Source: an uncultured Nitrososphaeraceae archaeon (GTDB lineage Archaea; Thermoproteota; Nitrososphaeria; Nitrososphaerales; Nitrososphaeraceae). Taken from it: a DNA stretch of 64,000 nucleotides. Positions within the stretch are counted from its first letter, which is position 1. Each line of letters opens with the position of its first letter. Both the position numbers and the translations under genes were made by a program. The notes beneath the pieces were generated by a model. The model was not told the origin of the DNA. It saw nothing but the letters and a program-made list of their open reading frames with translations, and did not search any database. This document shows, in pieces, positions 20,888-31,554 of the stretch. The stretch spans positions 192,001 to 256,000 of the forward strand of contig CAVZZA010000004.1 of assembly GCA_963779615.1 (NCBI GenBank). The letters run 5' to 3'.

Positions 20888-22153
20888 CTATGATTCTTTT
20901 TCCTTCATTATCCCGGATGTGAATAAAGAATGCGCAATGACATTAACCTGCTGTTGATTTTTAGTTTCTGATAGACCTGAAACCAGTTTCTCAACCATGG
21001 TTTTCATCGATGAGAATTGGTCTGTAAGTGATTTTATTTGCTCATCTTTTTCTTGTAATTTTCCTTTGATAAGATATGTTTCTTCTTGACTCTTCAGTTC
21101 GTATTTTTGTAACTCCTTTTGCAGTTTTCCTTGTTTGTCAATCATTAGCAAGTCTGATACTTTCAAATAGTCTTCCAACAGTTCAGTGTCTGTTGGCCGA
21201 TAATACGAGTTGCTAATGCCTATGCTGTGGGACAGCAGTTTTTCAATGTTTATTGGCTTCATGCCTGCTATCTCGGCCCGGGTTTTGAACCATTTCCTTA
21301 AACTGTGTACCGCAGAAAACGGATGTCTTTTCTTTCCGTTTTCCAATTTCTTCCTTAAGCCCTGAGCCCAAATGGCCCTTTCAATCAATCGTTTTATCCC
21401 AGAGGGTGCTAATTTTATGGGTTTTGTAGCAAAGCCCCTTCCTTGGGCCACCCTAGTGTCCCACAAGTCACGCATAAGCCAACTGTTTTCATCTATCAAC
21501 TCGCCAGAATCATCGCGGTATTTCATCCAGTCCTTTAATGCATGGTAGGCCTCTTTGGAGGTGAACGAGTAATATTCCTCATCCTCTTCCGCATAAACAA
21601 TGATTTTGGCTGCAACCACATCCCCATCCTTTTCTATCGGACGTATGTGACCCCATCTCAAATAGTCCCAAGCGCCCAACCGAATTCCGGAAGAGGCCAT
21701 GGTATACACAATGGCCTTGATTCTCCTGTCAGGGTATTCCAGTAGTTTTCGTATCTCATCATTTGTGGGAACCCTGTCATCGGCATAATCCCTTCCCTTC
21801 GGAAGCCCTCTTGTTATCTTTTTCCATGTTATTGGTATGTCGGCCATTTCGCAGAACAGCTTTATGCTTTTTAGATAGTTTCTTACGGTTGCACCCGTTA
21901 TCTCTTTTCTGTCCACCTTTGCCAGGTTAAACTGCATGAACCTTAACAGGCTGTTGAAAACCCACTGGTTTCCGTCTTTTCCCCTTACATCCATAAACAC
22001 TTTGCTCTTTTCCTCAACGGTTGAGCCTTCCAAGCCTAGAAAATCGAAAAACCTTTCCAGCCTCTTCTGGTACTTTTCCCTTGTCACCGGCGACTTTAAC
22101 GCATACAAATACAGTGACCAAAGGTCTGGTTCCACATTATTGTATTTTATCAC
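20888..22153 (-). CDS. Tyrosine recombinase/integrase
   Basis: SSGIRLG (R), HSLRK (HxxR), LLSH, SNSYY (Y); coiled-coil tail; intact 421 aa. Confidence 0.92.
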   Translation of the reverse strand: MIKYNNVEPDLWSLYLYALKSPVTREKYQKRLERFFDFLGLEGSTVEEKSKVFMDVRGKDGNQWVFNSLLRFMQFNLAKVDRKEITGATVRNYLKSIKLFCEMADIPITWKKITRGLPKGRDYADDRVPTNDEIRKLLEYPDRRIKAIVYTMASSGIRLGAWDYLRWGHIRPIEKDGDVVAAKIIVYAEEDEEYYSFTSKEAYHALKDWMKYRDDSGELIDENSWLMRDLWDTRVAQGRGFATKPIKLAPSGIKRLIERAIWAQGLRKKLENGKKRHPFSAVHSLRKWFKTRAEIAGMKPINIEKLLSHSIGISNSYYRPTDTELLEDYLKVSDLLMIDKQGKLQKELQKYELKSQEETYLIKGKLQEKDEQIKSLTDQFSSMKTMVEKLVSGLSETKNQQQVNVIAHSLFTSGIMKEKES

Positions 22154-22209
22154 TTTTTTCTTTACACCTTATTTTTAGTAGAACCCAAATAAAAGAACCG
22201 TTATAGTAG

Positions 22210-22284
22210 CGGGCCCAGAGGGATTTGAACCCTCGACCAACTGCTCCGCAGGCAGCCATTCTATCCAAGCTGAACTATGAGCCC
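22210..22284 (-). tRNA. tRNA-Arg(GCG)
   Basis: Reverse complement folds as a cloverleaf: acceptor GGGCTCA/TGGGCCC, anticodon loop CT-GCG-GA, T-loop TTCAAAT. Confidence 0.95.
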
Positions 22285-22378
22285 AAATTTTTTGCCGCTT
22301 TTTTCTATAAATCTCTTTGTAATTTATAACCATTGTTAAAGAAATATAAATAATTTTGATGATTAGTAATTATAAACC

Positions 22379-23365
22379 GTGAATTCATTTCTTGAGGATT
22401 TAAACAACAAAGTTTTGCTTTTTGATGGAGCTATGGGTACGGAAATTCAGCATTATCAGCCCAAACAGTCAGATTATTTGGACAATAAGGAAGGGTTTAA
22501 TGATAGCCTCAATTTCACAAGGCCCGAATGGATTAAAAGCATTCATAAAAAATACATTTCCGCCGGCTCCGACTGCATTGAAACCAACACTTTTGGCAGC
22601 AACAAGCTTAAATTAAATGAATTTGGAGTCGGTGAAAAAACTATTGAATTTAACACTGAGGCTACAAAGCTTGCAAAGGAAGCATGCTCCGAACTAAATA
22701 AAAAAGCATACGTTATTGGTTCGATGGGCCCGTCCGGTTTTTTGCCCAGTTCAAACGATCCTGACCTTGGAAATATATCTTTAGACGAAATAGAGGATGC
22801 GTTTTATTATCAAGCTCAGGGTCTGATAATGGGTGGGTGTGATGCTCTCCTAATAGAAACAGGACAGGACATTTTGGAAATTAAAACAGCGATTGAAGGT
22901 TGCTTTCGGGCAATGGAAAAACTGGAAAAAAAAATTCCGTTGATTTCAAATGTTACGCTGGATCAGTATGGAAAAATGCTTTTAGGAACAAACATACAGG
23001 CAGCGTATGTGACTCTTAGCAATTTGGATATCGATGTATTTGGACTGAACTGCTCCACTGGCCCAGTGGAAATGACTCCTAGCATCCAATGGTTGTGTGA
23101 TCAAAATGAATTACCTATTTTGGTAATGCCAAATGCAGGTATGCCAATAAATGAAAATGGGCTTGCCAAATATTTGATGTCTCCTAGGGAAATAACTGAA
23201 AAATTATCCGAATTCATAAAAAAATATCAAAGGATAAGGCTGGTTGGTGGTTGCTGCGGAACCAACCCTGAGCATATCATGAGTTTACGCAAAATGCTGG
23301 ATGGTGATTCGGCTATCTCGCATTCACATCTATCCGCTGCTGCTGCATCCAACAAGAATGAGTAA
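22379..23365 (+). CDS. metH: Methionine synthase, homocysteine-binding module (split MetH, part 1)
   Basis: FDGAMGT, ETNTFG, GLNCSTGP, PNAG, GGCCGT. Confidence 0.92.
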   Translation: MNSFLEDLNNKVLLFDGAMGTEIQHYQPKQSDYLDNKEGFNDSLNFTRPEWIKSIHKKYISAGSDCIETNTFGSNKLKLNEFGVGEKTIEFNTEATKLAKEACSELNKKAYVIGSMGPSGFLPSSNDPDLGNISLDEIEDAFYYQAQGLIMGGCDALLIETGQDILEIKTAIEGCFRAMEKLEKKIPLISNVTLDQYGKMLLGTNIQAAYVTLSNLDIDVFGLNCSTGPVEMTPSIQWLCDQNELPILVMPNAGMPINENGLAKYLMSPREITEKLSEFIKKYQRIRLVGGCCGTNPEHIMSLRKMLDGDSAISHSHLSAAAASNKNE

Positions 23366-23417
23366 GCAAAGAGATCGTTTAAATGATTAAAAAAAAAATA
23401 GTGGATGGTTAGTTTGT

Positions 23418-26012
23418 ATGAAAAAAACCTATAATGATATCCCAAAGGTTTCTTCTGCTTTAACATCTATAGATCTTTTTCAGGAACCTCGGCCGCTTAT
23501 CATCGGCGAAAGGCTAAACTCACAAGGATCAAAAAAAGCGAAAAAAATGGTTTTAGAAGATGATTTTGACGGGTTAATAGACATAGCAAGGGCCCAGGTC
23601 GAAGATGGGGCCCATTGTATAGACGTGTGTGTCGCAACTACCGAGCGATCGGATGAATTAGGGTTTATGCAAAAACTAGTAAAACGGCTCAGTCTCGAAA
23701 TAGAATCCCCTCTGGTAATAGACTCTACGGATACCAAAGTTGTCTATGCAGCCCTAAAGCAAATTCCGGGAATTCCCATAATAAACTCTATTAATCTAGA
23801 AGGTGATGGCAGTAGGTTCTATGATATTGTTCCAGTGATGAGAAAATTTGGGGCACCCGCAGTGTCAATGTGTATTGGCCCTAAAGGAATGGCCAAAACA
23901 AGTGACGATAAACTTCAGGTAGCAAAACTATTGTACGACAAAGCTGCAGATCACAAACTTAAACCCTGGCAATTAATTTTTGATGTCTTAACGTTTACTC
24001 TTGCAACTGGTGAGGCAGAATATGCCGATTCTGCGGTAAATACCCTAAACGGAATAAAGCTTGTTAAAGAGAGTTATCCCAAAGCATTAACAACCCTTGG
24101 ACTAAGCAATGTTAGTTTCGGGCTTCCCGTTTTAGCAAGAAAATTTTTAAACTCCATATTCTTGTACCATGCCTTGAAAAACGGGCTTGACACAGTCATA
24201 ATCAACCCCAAAGACATAATCCCGTACCCCCAGATCAGCGCAACTGAAAAACAATTTTGTGAAGACTTGATATTCAATACAAAAGATAATGCGCTTTCGG
24301 ATCTTATCACATATTTTGATTCAAAACAGTATGATTCAAAATCATCCTCTTCCTCATCCACTCAAAAACAAAACATTATGGAAATAGATAAAAACTGGCC
24401 TGCCAGTAAGAGGTGTTATTTTAGAGTAGTAAACAGGCTAAAGGACGGCATTGAGAATGATGTGGTTTTTGCCATTGCGGATAAAATTCAAGACCCAAAA
24501 GATAAAAAAATAACAGAAATAAAAGACAACGATAGCAATGCTGTCTCCTACAGGCTTGAGTCCACAAAGGAGAATTTGCACAATGCCGCAGTCGAAACAC
24601 TGAATGAGGTTTTACTTCCTGCAATGAAAGAAGTGGGTGACAAGTTCGGGACAGGTGAGTTAATCCTCCCCTTTGTTTTGAAATCAGCTGAATGTATGAA
24701 GGCGGCAGTTTCAGAGCTGGAGAAATTCTTAATTAAACAAGAGGGTGTCAGTAAAGGAAAGCTTGTTTTATGCACAGTTTATGGTGATGTTCACGATATT
24801 GGTAAAAACTTGGTCAAAACAATACTGTCTAATAATGGCTATGAAGTTTTTGACCTCGGGAAACAGGTTCCAATTCCTACAATCGTAAACAAGATAAAAG
24901 AAGTAAAAGCAGATGTTGTGGGCCTGTCTGCGCTGCTTGTATCAACATCCAAACAAATGCAATTATTTGCAGAGTTTGCCCGTGAAAACAATATAAAAAT
25001 ACCAGTCATATGCGGAGGTGCTGCAATAAATAGCGACTATATTAACAGGATTGCAAAAGGGAATGGAGATATCTACAAACCGGGAATTTTTTATTGCAAG
25101 ACTGCTTTTGACGGCCTTAAAATAATGAACAACATAATGTCAGATGAGAAAAGTAAGTTTATTGATGGTTGGATAAACAAACTGGAAAGTTGGAACGAAA
25201 GGCAATACGAAAAAACCACACCCAATGTATCTCAGGACCTCTCTAGCAAGGTTAAACCAGTAATGAATAAACCCATTCCCCCCCTCTTTGATTTCACATA
25301 CAGGTTTTCAAAAAAAGACATTCCGTTGAAGGAGGTGTGGGATTTCTTAAATAAAAAATCACTTTTTGTACTGTCTTGGGGTTTGAGGGGAAAAAGCGCA
25401 TCGAAACTACAAGACGAGTTTAATGATTTGCTGGAAGAGTGGAAGGAAAAAGTGATCAAAGAGGACTTGTTTGAACCGCAGGCGGTTTATGGCTATTTTA
25501 GGTGCAGAAAGGTCGGTAAGAACAACCTTTTGGTAAGGTATATGGACACTGAAAATAAAAAAAACTCTGAAATAACTTTTGAGTTCCCACGGTCATCTTT
25601 AGAAAAACACCTGTGCCTTTCGGACTATTTTGATCCAAATTCTGACGATGTGGTCGCATTTCAATCGGTAACGATGGGAAACAGAGTTGCAGAGGTTGTT
25701 GAGGAATGGAACAAAGACAACCGATACTCAGATGCATACTATTTGCATGGGCTGGCAGTAGAGACGACTGAAGCGCTGGCGGATTGGATTAATCTGCGGA
25801 TTAAAAGGGACTTGAAACTCGAGAAAGGGGGCTTGAGGTACAGCTGGGGGTATCCCAGCTGCCCTGATGTATCCCAGCATTTTTTGGTTTGGAAATTATT
25901 AAACCCCGCGCCAAACGGGATGTCCCTCACTGACAGTGGGCAAATCAATCCCGAATATTCAACGGCTGCGATTGTTGTACATCATCCGGATGCGGAATAT
26001 TTTACCCTATAA
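23418..26012 (+). CDS. metH: Methionine synthase, pterin-, B12-binding and reactivation modules (split MetH, part 2)
   Basis: IIGERLN, GLSNVSFG, GDVHDIGKNLV (B12 DxHxxG), RYSWGYPSCPD. Confidence 0.93.
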   Translation: MKKTYNDIPKVSSALTSIDLFQEPRPLIIGERLNSQGSKKAKKMVLEDDFDGLIDIARAQVEDGAHCIDVCVATTERSDELGFMQKLVKRLSLEIESPLVIDSTDTKVVYAALKQIPGIPIINSINLEGDGSRFYDIVPVMRKFGAPAVSMCIGPKGMAKTSDDKLQVAKLLYDKAADHKLKPWQLIFDVLTFTLATGEAEYADSAVNTLNGIKLVKESYPKALTTLGLSNVSFGLPVLARKFLNSIFLYHALKNGLDTVIINPKDIIPYPQISATEKQFCEDLIFNTKDNALSDLITYFDSKQYDSKSSSSSSTQKQNIMEIDKNWPASKRCYFRVVNRLKDGIENDVVFAIADKIQDPKDKKITEIKDNDSNAVSYRLESTKENLHNAAVETLNEVLLPAMKEVGDKFGTGELILPFVLKSAECMKAAVSELEKFLIKQEGVSKGKLVLCTVYGDVHDIGKNLVKTILSNNGYEVFDLGKQVPIPTIVNKIKEVKADVVGLSALLVSTSKQMQLFAEFARENNIKIPVICGGAAINSDYINRIAKGNGDIYKPGIFYCKTAFDGLKIMNNIMSDEKSKFIDGWINKLESWNERQYEKTTPNVSQDLSSKVKPVMNKPIPPLFDFTYRFSKKDIPLKEVWDFLNKKSLFVLSWGLRGKSASKLQDEFNDLLEEWKEKVIKEDLFEPQAVYGYFRCRKVGKNNLLVRYMDTENKKNSEITFEFPRSSLEKHLCLSDYFDPNSDDVVAFQSVTMGNRVAEVVEEWNKDNRYSDAYYLHGLAVETTEALADWINLRIKRDLKLEKGGLRYSWGYPSCPDVSQHFLVWKLLNPAPNGMSLTDSGQINPEYSTAAIVVHHPDAEYFTL

Positions 26013-26056
26013 TTTTGTTCTCAACTTTTTTATAGAGCAAATGCTTTTGCAATTTA

Positions 26057-26266
26057 GTGGGTAGAGTAGAGAAAGGTATAACATGCAGTGTGTTAAAGTG
26101 TGATGAATCTGCTGATAGGTCTATGAGTTTGGCTAAAGCGAAAATGTCACAGGATTTGGATTTTGATAACTCCAAAAAACGCGTGTATTTATGTAAAAAT
26201 CACTACAAAGACTGGAAAAAATCATCCAAAGGCGACAGAGAGGTTGAACGTATGCGTTGGGATTGA
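26057..26266 (+). CDS. Small Zn-binding protein
   Basis: CSVLKC...YLCKNHYK, 69 aa. Confidence 0.65.
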   Translation: MGRVEKGITCSVLKCDESADRSMSLAKAKMSQDLDFDNSKKRVYLCKNHYKDWKKSSKGDREVERMRWD

Positions 26267-26437
26267 CCGGTTATTTTTGCTGCCAACAAAAGTAAGATGA
26301 CAACTGAAATTTATTATATTAAAATCTATTTATTGAATTTAATTTAAAAAAGAAACCTAAAAGAAAGTGATAAGATTAAACAACAAAGGTAATAAGCATC
26401 TTTCCTTCAAATTATTGATGACAGGTTGATATGAAGT

Positions 26438-27871
26438 TTGGCTCTAACTAACGTACCCCATTATTTAAAATTAAAGGAATTAGACTCCAAAAGATGGTTT
26501 GTCCGAATATTAATCCTTAGCGCTGTTTTTACAATACTGATTTTCAAATTTTACACGGCACTCTATGTTATCGATGCAGCCATAGGGGTTTACAGCATTT
26601 TAACATCCTTTGTTTTATTTAACATATTATTCATATCATACTACAAGTATCGGGACCCATATGTGGATGTTCATGATGTCAAAATACCAGAAAGTCACCT
26701 CCCTCTAGTTTCTCTTGTGGTTCCAGTAAAAAATGAGGAAGACATCATCAAAAGGTGTGTCTTATCATGTTTAAATCAGTCATATGAAAAAAAGGAGATA
26801 ATTGTAATTAATGACGGAAGTACCGATGGCACAGGCAAAATCTTAAATGAACTCAAAAGCGAGTACCCAAATACCAATTTCAACATAATTCATTTGGAAA
26901 ATAGTGTTGGGAAAAAAAGGGCGGTTGAAGAGGCCAGCAAGGTCGCAAAGGGCCAGATTTATGCATTTATGGATAGTGATTGTTACATGGCTTTGGATGC
27001 CACAGAAAGGGCAGTAAAGATTTTTCACGCCGATCCCCAACTTGGCGCACTTACTGGCCATGGAAGAGTCATAAACCGCCATGAAGGAGGCCCGTTTGAT
27101 CATTTACTGGAAAAACTGCAGGATGTATATTTAGATGGGGCATGCAGGGCCCAAAAGGGAATGGAAAGTTCCTTTTCCTCAGTTACTTGCTGTTCCGGCT
27201 CATTGAGTTTTTACAGGCGGGAGGCAATTCAGGGTTTCATGCACGACTGGGCACATGACAAGTTTTTAGGGATGGACTTTAAATTTGCGACGGACAGAAG
27301 AATGACCGCCCACGTACTGTCAAACAAACCCCCGCCATTTCTCAAACTTGAATATTCCAAGAATAGATATTTGCATAACAACCCAATCCAAAACCAAAGC
27401 AAGTTTTCTTATAATGAAAATGAACTTGACGGTTTCTGGAAGATTAAATATTCACAGCATATTCGCGTGAATATAGGAGTTCCCTCAACACTGGTTTCTT
27501 TGGTGAAGCAGCAAATCCGGTGGAGAAAAAGCTTTATCAGAAGCCTTTTTTCCACAGGGGGCATTTTTTGGAAAAGGCCGTTTTACGCTGCAATGATATA
27601 CTACCTGCAGACCTCGATGAAATTTATCAGGCCATATATTGTAGCAAAGACTGTTTTTCTAATGCCAATTTATGGAGACTATGTCACCACAATAGTTTGG
27701 TTTTCGGGAATATTGTTTACGGGGATGATTTATGCAGTAGACTTTAGGTTAAGAAACCCAGGCGACAAGAATTGGCTGTACAGACCCCTTTTTACATTGT
27801 TATCCACATTCATTTACACATGGCTGCTAATTTACGCTGCAATTACAATTAAAAAAACAGGGTGGAGATAG
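26438..27871 (+). CDS. Processive membrane GT2, hyaluronan/chitin synthase-like
   Basis: Two N-terminal TMs, DGSTD, GKK, DSD, CCSGSLSFYR, TDRRMT, QQIRW (QxxRW), C-terminal TMs ending GWR. Confidence 0.85.
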   Translation: MALTNVPHYLKLKELDSKRWFVRILILSAVFTILIFKFYTALYVIDAAIGVYSILTSFVLFNILFISYYKYRDPYVDVHDVKIPESHLPLVSLVVPVKNEEDIIKRCVLSCLNQSYEKKEIIVINDGSTDGTGKILNELKSEYPNTNFNIIHLENSVGKKRAVEEASKVAKGQIYAFMDSDCYMALDATERAVKIFHADPQLGALTGHGRVINRHEGGPFDHLLEKLQDVYLDGACRAQKGMESSFSSVTCCSGSLSFYRREAIQGFMHDWAHDKFLGMDFKFATDRRMTAHVLSNKPPPFLKLEYSKNRYLHNNPIQNQSKFSYNENELDGFWKIKYSQHIRVNIGVPSTLVSLVKQQIRWRKSFIRSLFSTGGIFWKRPFYAAMIYYLQTSMKFIRPYIVAKTVFLMPIYGDYVTTIVWFSGILFTGMIYAVDFRLRNPGDKNWLYRPLFTLLSTFIYTWLLIYAAITIKKTGWR

Positions 27872-27913
27872 TAAAACTATTGAATTTAAGATTTAAAGGG
27901 ATAAAAAATAGAT

Positions 27914-28126
27914 ATGAAGAGTAAAGGAATTGACGTTATTCTCGTTGCACTTGGAATGATAATAGGGTTTGTTGTAATCCTAATGCATCTGACTGAAATG
28001 TGGCCCTGTTCTATGATCAATGCAGTAAATGGTTCATTTCTAACCATCAACCCCGTCATCAACTCAACAACAGGCTTTATGGATGGAACACATCACTTGT
28101 TAACAAATCTTTTTCAGTGCAGGTAA
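27914..28126 (+). CDS. Small single-TM protein
   Basis: Hydrophobic N-terminal helix directly after the GT2 gene; overlaps the convergent gene end. Confidence 0.45.
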   Translation: MKSKGIDVILVALGMIIGFVVILMHLTEMWPCSMINAVNGSFLTINPVINSTTGFMDGTHHLLTNLFQCR

Positions 28127-29078
28127 CCTTATTTTTTTCATCTATGATAATTTCTTCGAAATACCTCAATACTGTTATTTCAGAAACTTGAGGTATCTTT
28201 ATTTTTTTACCTTCAATCATATCAATAATCATTTTTGGAAAGTTCGCCCCGGCCAATGTCGTAAATATGGTGCCACCACCTAATCTTGGATTGATTTCAA
28301 CGAGTTTAAAGGCATTATCCTTATCTTTTTTCATTTGGATGCAACAGGGTCCGATTATTTTCAAAAATTCTGATATCTTACATGATTCTTCAATCAATTC
28401 CTTATCAAGAATGATTTTACCTTTGGTTGATATGCCTCCTCTGGTTTGGAGTCTAACTCGAGGAACAGAAATTATGGGGTTTGAGTCAAAATCCGACAAA
28501 ACATCAATGGTAAACTCTTCACCCGGGAGATACTCTTGATAAATCATCTTGGAATATCTTGAAGAGATATAATCCAATTCAGAAAAATCATTTATTTGAA
28601 TTATATCCCTGCTACCCTTGCCGAACCTGGGTTTGGATATTATTGGAAATTCTGTTATTCTGCTTTTGTCTTCAGTGGTGTATGGTAAATTAAAATTATT
28701 TTTTAGACGCTCAAAGGTTAGAACCTTATCACGGCATACCTCCAAAACGTCCCTATCACTTATTACAGGAATAACCCCAAGGTTTCGTAATTTTTCCTTG
28801 TTTTCACTAAATGGAAATATGTCATATCCTGATGATGGCATTAACACATTTATCTCATATTTGTCAATTATTTTAAACAGAAAATCCAAATAACCTTCAC
28901 CCTCAGCCTCTGGACTTATTTCCCTGTAATCCGACAAGTAAAAACCGGCAGACAATTCATTTGAATCAATAGACAAAATCTTGCCTTTGAAATTGGCAAG
29001 TTTCAGAGATTTGATAGTGTTAATCCCAGCAGGGGCAGAAGCACCAGGAACAAGTACATTAGAAACCTTTCTACGCAA
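28077..29078 (-). CDS. ATP-grasp ligase (1)
   Basis: CRDK..T, KPRFGKGSR, QEYLPGEEFTID, EINPRLGGG. Confidence 0.88.
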   Translation of the reverse strand: MRRKVSNVLVPGASAPAGINTIKSLKLANFKGKILSIDSNELSAGFYLSDYREISPEAEGEGYLDFLFKIIDKYEINVLMPSSGYDIFPFSENKEKLRNLGVIPVISDRDVLEVCRDKVLTFERLKNNFNLPYTTEDKSRITEFPIISKPRFGKGSRDIIQINDFSELDYISSRYSKMIYQEYLPGEEFTIDVLSDFDSNPIISVPRVRLQTRGGISTKGKIILDKELIEESCKISEFLKIIGPCCIQMKKDKDNAFKLVEINPRLGGGTIFTTLAGANFPKMIIDMIEGKKIKIPQVSEITVLRYFEEIIIDEKNKVTCTEKDLLTSDVFHP

Positions 29079-29204
29079 TTACCATCCGCTTAAGCTTAAT
29101 TAATCTATTTATGATATAAATTTTTTTATGTAAAAACACAGGAAATTGTTATGACACAATATGATAAACAATTTAATAAACGATGCTTGTGAATTAAGTG
29201 TGGG

Positions 29205-29837
29205 TTGAACACCAAAGAAGACTACCATATTCACTGTAGTTATAACGATCATTCAGCTCCTGACTTGACAGTTGAGAACGTCATTAAAACGGCTAAAGGA
29301 TTGAATTTACAAACAATCGCGTTTACAGAACACGTTAGGAATACCTCTGATTGGACAGAAAAGTACATCGAGGAGATAAATCAGTTTTTACCCGAAACGG
29401 GTCTAAATGTTTTAAAGGGCTTCGAAGCAAAGATACTCCCTGACGGAAGCATAGATTGCCCCAGTATTTACTTGAATGACAATTATTTTATTGTTGCAAG
29501 TTTTCACACAAAATACCAAGAAAAAGATAAATGGTATAATGCACTATTAAAAGCCATAAACAATGAAAACGTGAATGTAATTGGTCACCTGGAACACGAT
29601 CCCTATTTTTCTCTGGATCATGGTGAAATAAAAAGGATTGGTGAAGAGGTGTTGTCCAATGATAAGATAATTGAAATCAACTCAAAGTACCATAGGCCCA
29701 CACTACAATACCTAAAGATATTTATAGAATTGGGGATAAGTTTTCATTTGGGTAGTGACGCTCATTCTTTGAATGAAATTGGCAATTTTGATAGAATATA
29801 TGATCTTATCAGTTTTATAGAACATAGTAAGGGATAG
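29205..29837 (+). CDS. PHP-domain phosphoesterase
   Basis: DYHIHC, FTEH, ASFH, IGH, GSDAH. Confidence 0.88.
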   Translation: MNTKEDYHIHCSYNDHSAPDLTVENVIKTAKGLNLQTIAFTEHVRNTSDWTEKYIEEINQFLPETGLNVLKGFEAKILPDGSIDCPSIYLNDNYFIVASFHTKYQEKDKWYNALLKAINNENVNVIGHLEHDPYFSLDHGEIKRIGEEVLSNDKIIEINSKYHRPTLQYLKIFIELGISFHLGSDAHSLNEIGNFDRIYDLISFIEHSKG

Positions 29838-29879
29838 TTAAAAAGGGAACTGATACACATAGAGTTCGGATTAGATGAG

Positions 29880-31538
29880 ATGGGGAACATGACTACCACG
29901 GCTATTGATAGGGAAATCAGGTTTAAATCACTGTTTTCTAAATACCTTGATATTGGTAATTCTGAGTTAAACAACTTTATTCTGTCGGTTCCTGCAAAAT
30001 TTGACAATGCTGTAAAAATGTTGAATGAGGTTCCAACTCCTAAAGTTGATGAAAATATTTTTGCTAACAGACGCAATCTCAAGGATGCTGTGTATAATTT
30101 CCATTTAAAGTCACGAACCTTAACTTCTGGCGTAAAAAATCAAATTGATTTATTGGATGTTGAAAGCCTGAAAATTGTAGTTGCAATCCACCAGCCAAAT
30201 TTGTTTGCGTTCGGAGGGGTGTTTAAAAAAATAGTTTTGCTGGAAACGATTTCCAAATACCTAGAAAATTCCCGTGATTCCATATTGCCTTTATTCTTGA
30301 TAATAGACCACGACTTTATGGATGATAGCTGGGTCCATGTTGCAAAGTTACCCAGTGTGAGAAATGCCTCAGGCATTTTGGATTTGAGGTATCCTATGAA
30401 TGATTCAAAAAGATGGAAAATCATATGCAAGACAAATCCACCAACCCACTCACTTGTTAGCTACTGGGAAAACCAAATTTACACATGGATAAGAAAGGAT
30501 AAAACCTTAAGCAGGGAGGATCGAAGGAGACTTTTTACCAACATAGAAAAGTTTTGGAATGTTGTGGAAGATTCTTTATCCGACTCCGGTAACTATTCGG
30601 AGTTTAACTCTCACATAATGTCCAAAATGGTGAACAATGCATGGGGCCATAAAACATTGTTTGTTAACCTATCTGAGCTCTGTCGCACTTTTAAAAAAGG
30701 CTATAATTTTCTAATATCAAACAATGATTCGTATATAGCGTCACTTGAAAGATCAGAAGGGTTCTTTAGAAGCCACGGTATCCACAAAGGCATAAGCTCC
30801 AATTCAAGCAAATATTCACCATTATGGATTCATTGCTCTTGTGGCAGTAAGGGCTATTCGGTTGTAAGCAAAAATCATAACGAAGAAGTTGAACTGGTGG
30901 GTAAATGCATATCCTGCAAAAAGAGACTAAAGTTAAGAGTAGGTTCCCAAAACAATATTGATATACCAGATAACAGTTTAAGTGAAGTTTCACCAAGGGC
31001 CATACCAATACTGCTTTTGTTGTCAAGGGAACTAAACATTTCCGGATACATAACAGGGACTGGCGGTAGCCTTGGGTACACCATGATAGGGAAATGCGTT
31101 TTTGACGATTTAAAAATAAAAATGCCATTGCTATTATTATGGGCATCAAGGGACATCTACAAAGGATTTGCTCAAAAAGAGGCGCTGAAAATACTTGAAG
31201 AGAACAATGTTAAAGACATTTCAACCTTTTTAAAAGATCTAAATAACAAGAATAGCGCATATCGGAACAAAATAAAACCATTGGTTTCCAAAAGGAATTA
31301 TGTATATAAAGATGATGTCAGTTTGGCAGGCATATTGAATGAACTTTTGTATTATAAAAACGAACAGAGGAAATTAAAAAACAAGATCAAAAATGTTGAA
31401 AAATCCAAAAACGCTTTGACTTTAAATGCATGCATAGTGGACTATATAGCCAACTTTGGACTGGAGAGCGTATCAAATAAATGGTCAAACAGCTTGATTA
31501 AAAACAATGATTTTACCTCACCATTAGTATTAGATTAG
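29880..31538 (+). CDS. BshC-like putative ligase with Zn-ribbon and coiled coil
   Basis: HQPNLF..GGVFKKI and FLIIDHD resemble BshC (QxxLF...YK, EDHD); HCSCG...CISC; C-terminal coiled coil. Confidence 0.55.
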   Translation: MGNMTTTAIDREIRFKSLFSKYLDIGNSELNNFILSVPAKFDNAVKMLNEVPTPKVDENIFANRRNLKDAVYNFHLKSRTLTSGVKNQIDLLDVESLKIVVAIHQPNLFAFGGVFKKIVLLETISKYLENSRDSILPLFLIIDHDFMDDSWVHVAKLPSVRNASGILDLRYPMNDSKRWKIICKTNPPTHSLVSYWENQIYTWIRKDKTLSREDRRRLFTNIEKFWNVVEDSLSDSGNYSEFNSHIMSKMVNNAWGHKTLFVNLSELCRTFKKGYNFLISNNDSYIASLERSEGFFRSHGIHKGISSNSSKYSPLWIHCSCGSKGYSVVSKNHNEEVELVGKCISCKKRLKLRVGSQNNIDIPDNSLSEVSPRAIPILLLLSRELNISGYITGTGGSLGYTMIGKCVFDDLKIKMPLLLLWASRDIYKGFAQKEALKILEENNVKDISTFLKDLNNKNSAYRNKIKPLVSKRNYVYKDDVSLAGILNELLYYKNEQRKLKNKIKNVEKSKNALTLNACIVDYIANFGLESVSNKWSNSLIKNNDFTSPLVLD

Positions 31539-31554
31539 GTCACTAACAGATAGC

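Larger units (their letters stand above)
14430..22209. mobile_element. Integrative element at tRNA-Arg(GCG): integrase, Zn-finger genes, ATPase/helicase, AEP-PriX primase; left boundary uncertain
   Basis: Tyrosine integrase starts 56 bp past the tRNA 3' end, followed by a co-oriented replication module. No duplicated att seen by eye. Confidence 0.75.

Noticed and set aside
22379-26012. Split metH as a frameshift or novelty
   Set aside because: Both parts are clean ORFs that break at a domain boundary; split MetH is known in archaea and some bacteria
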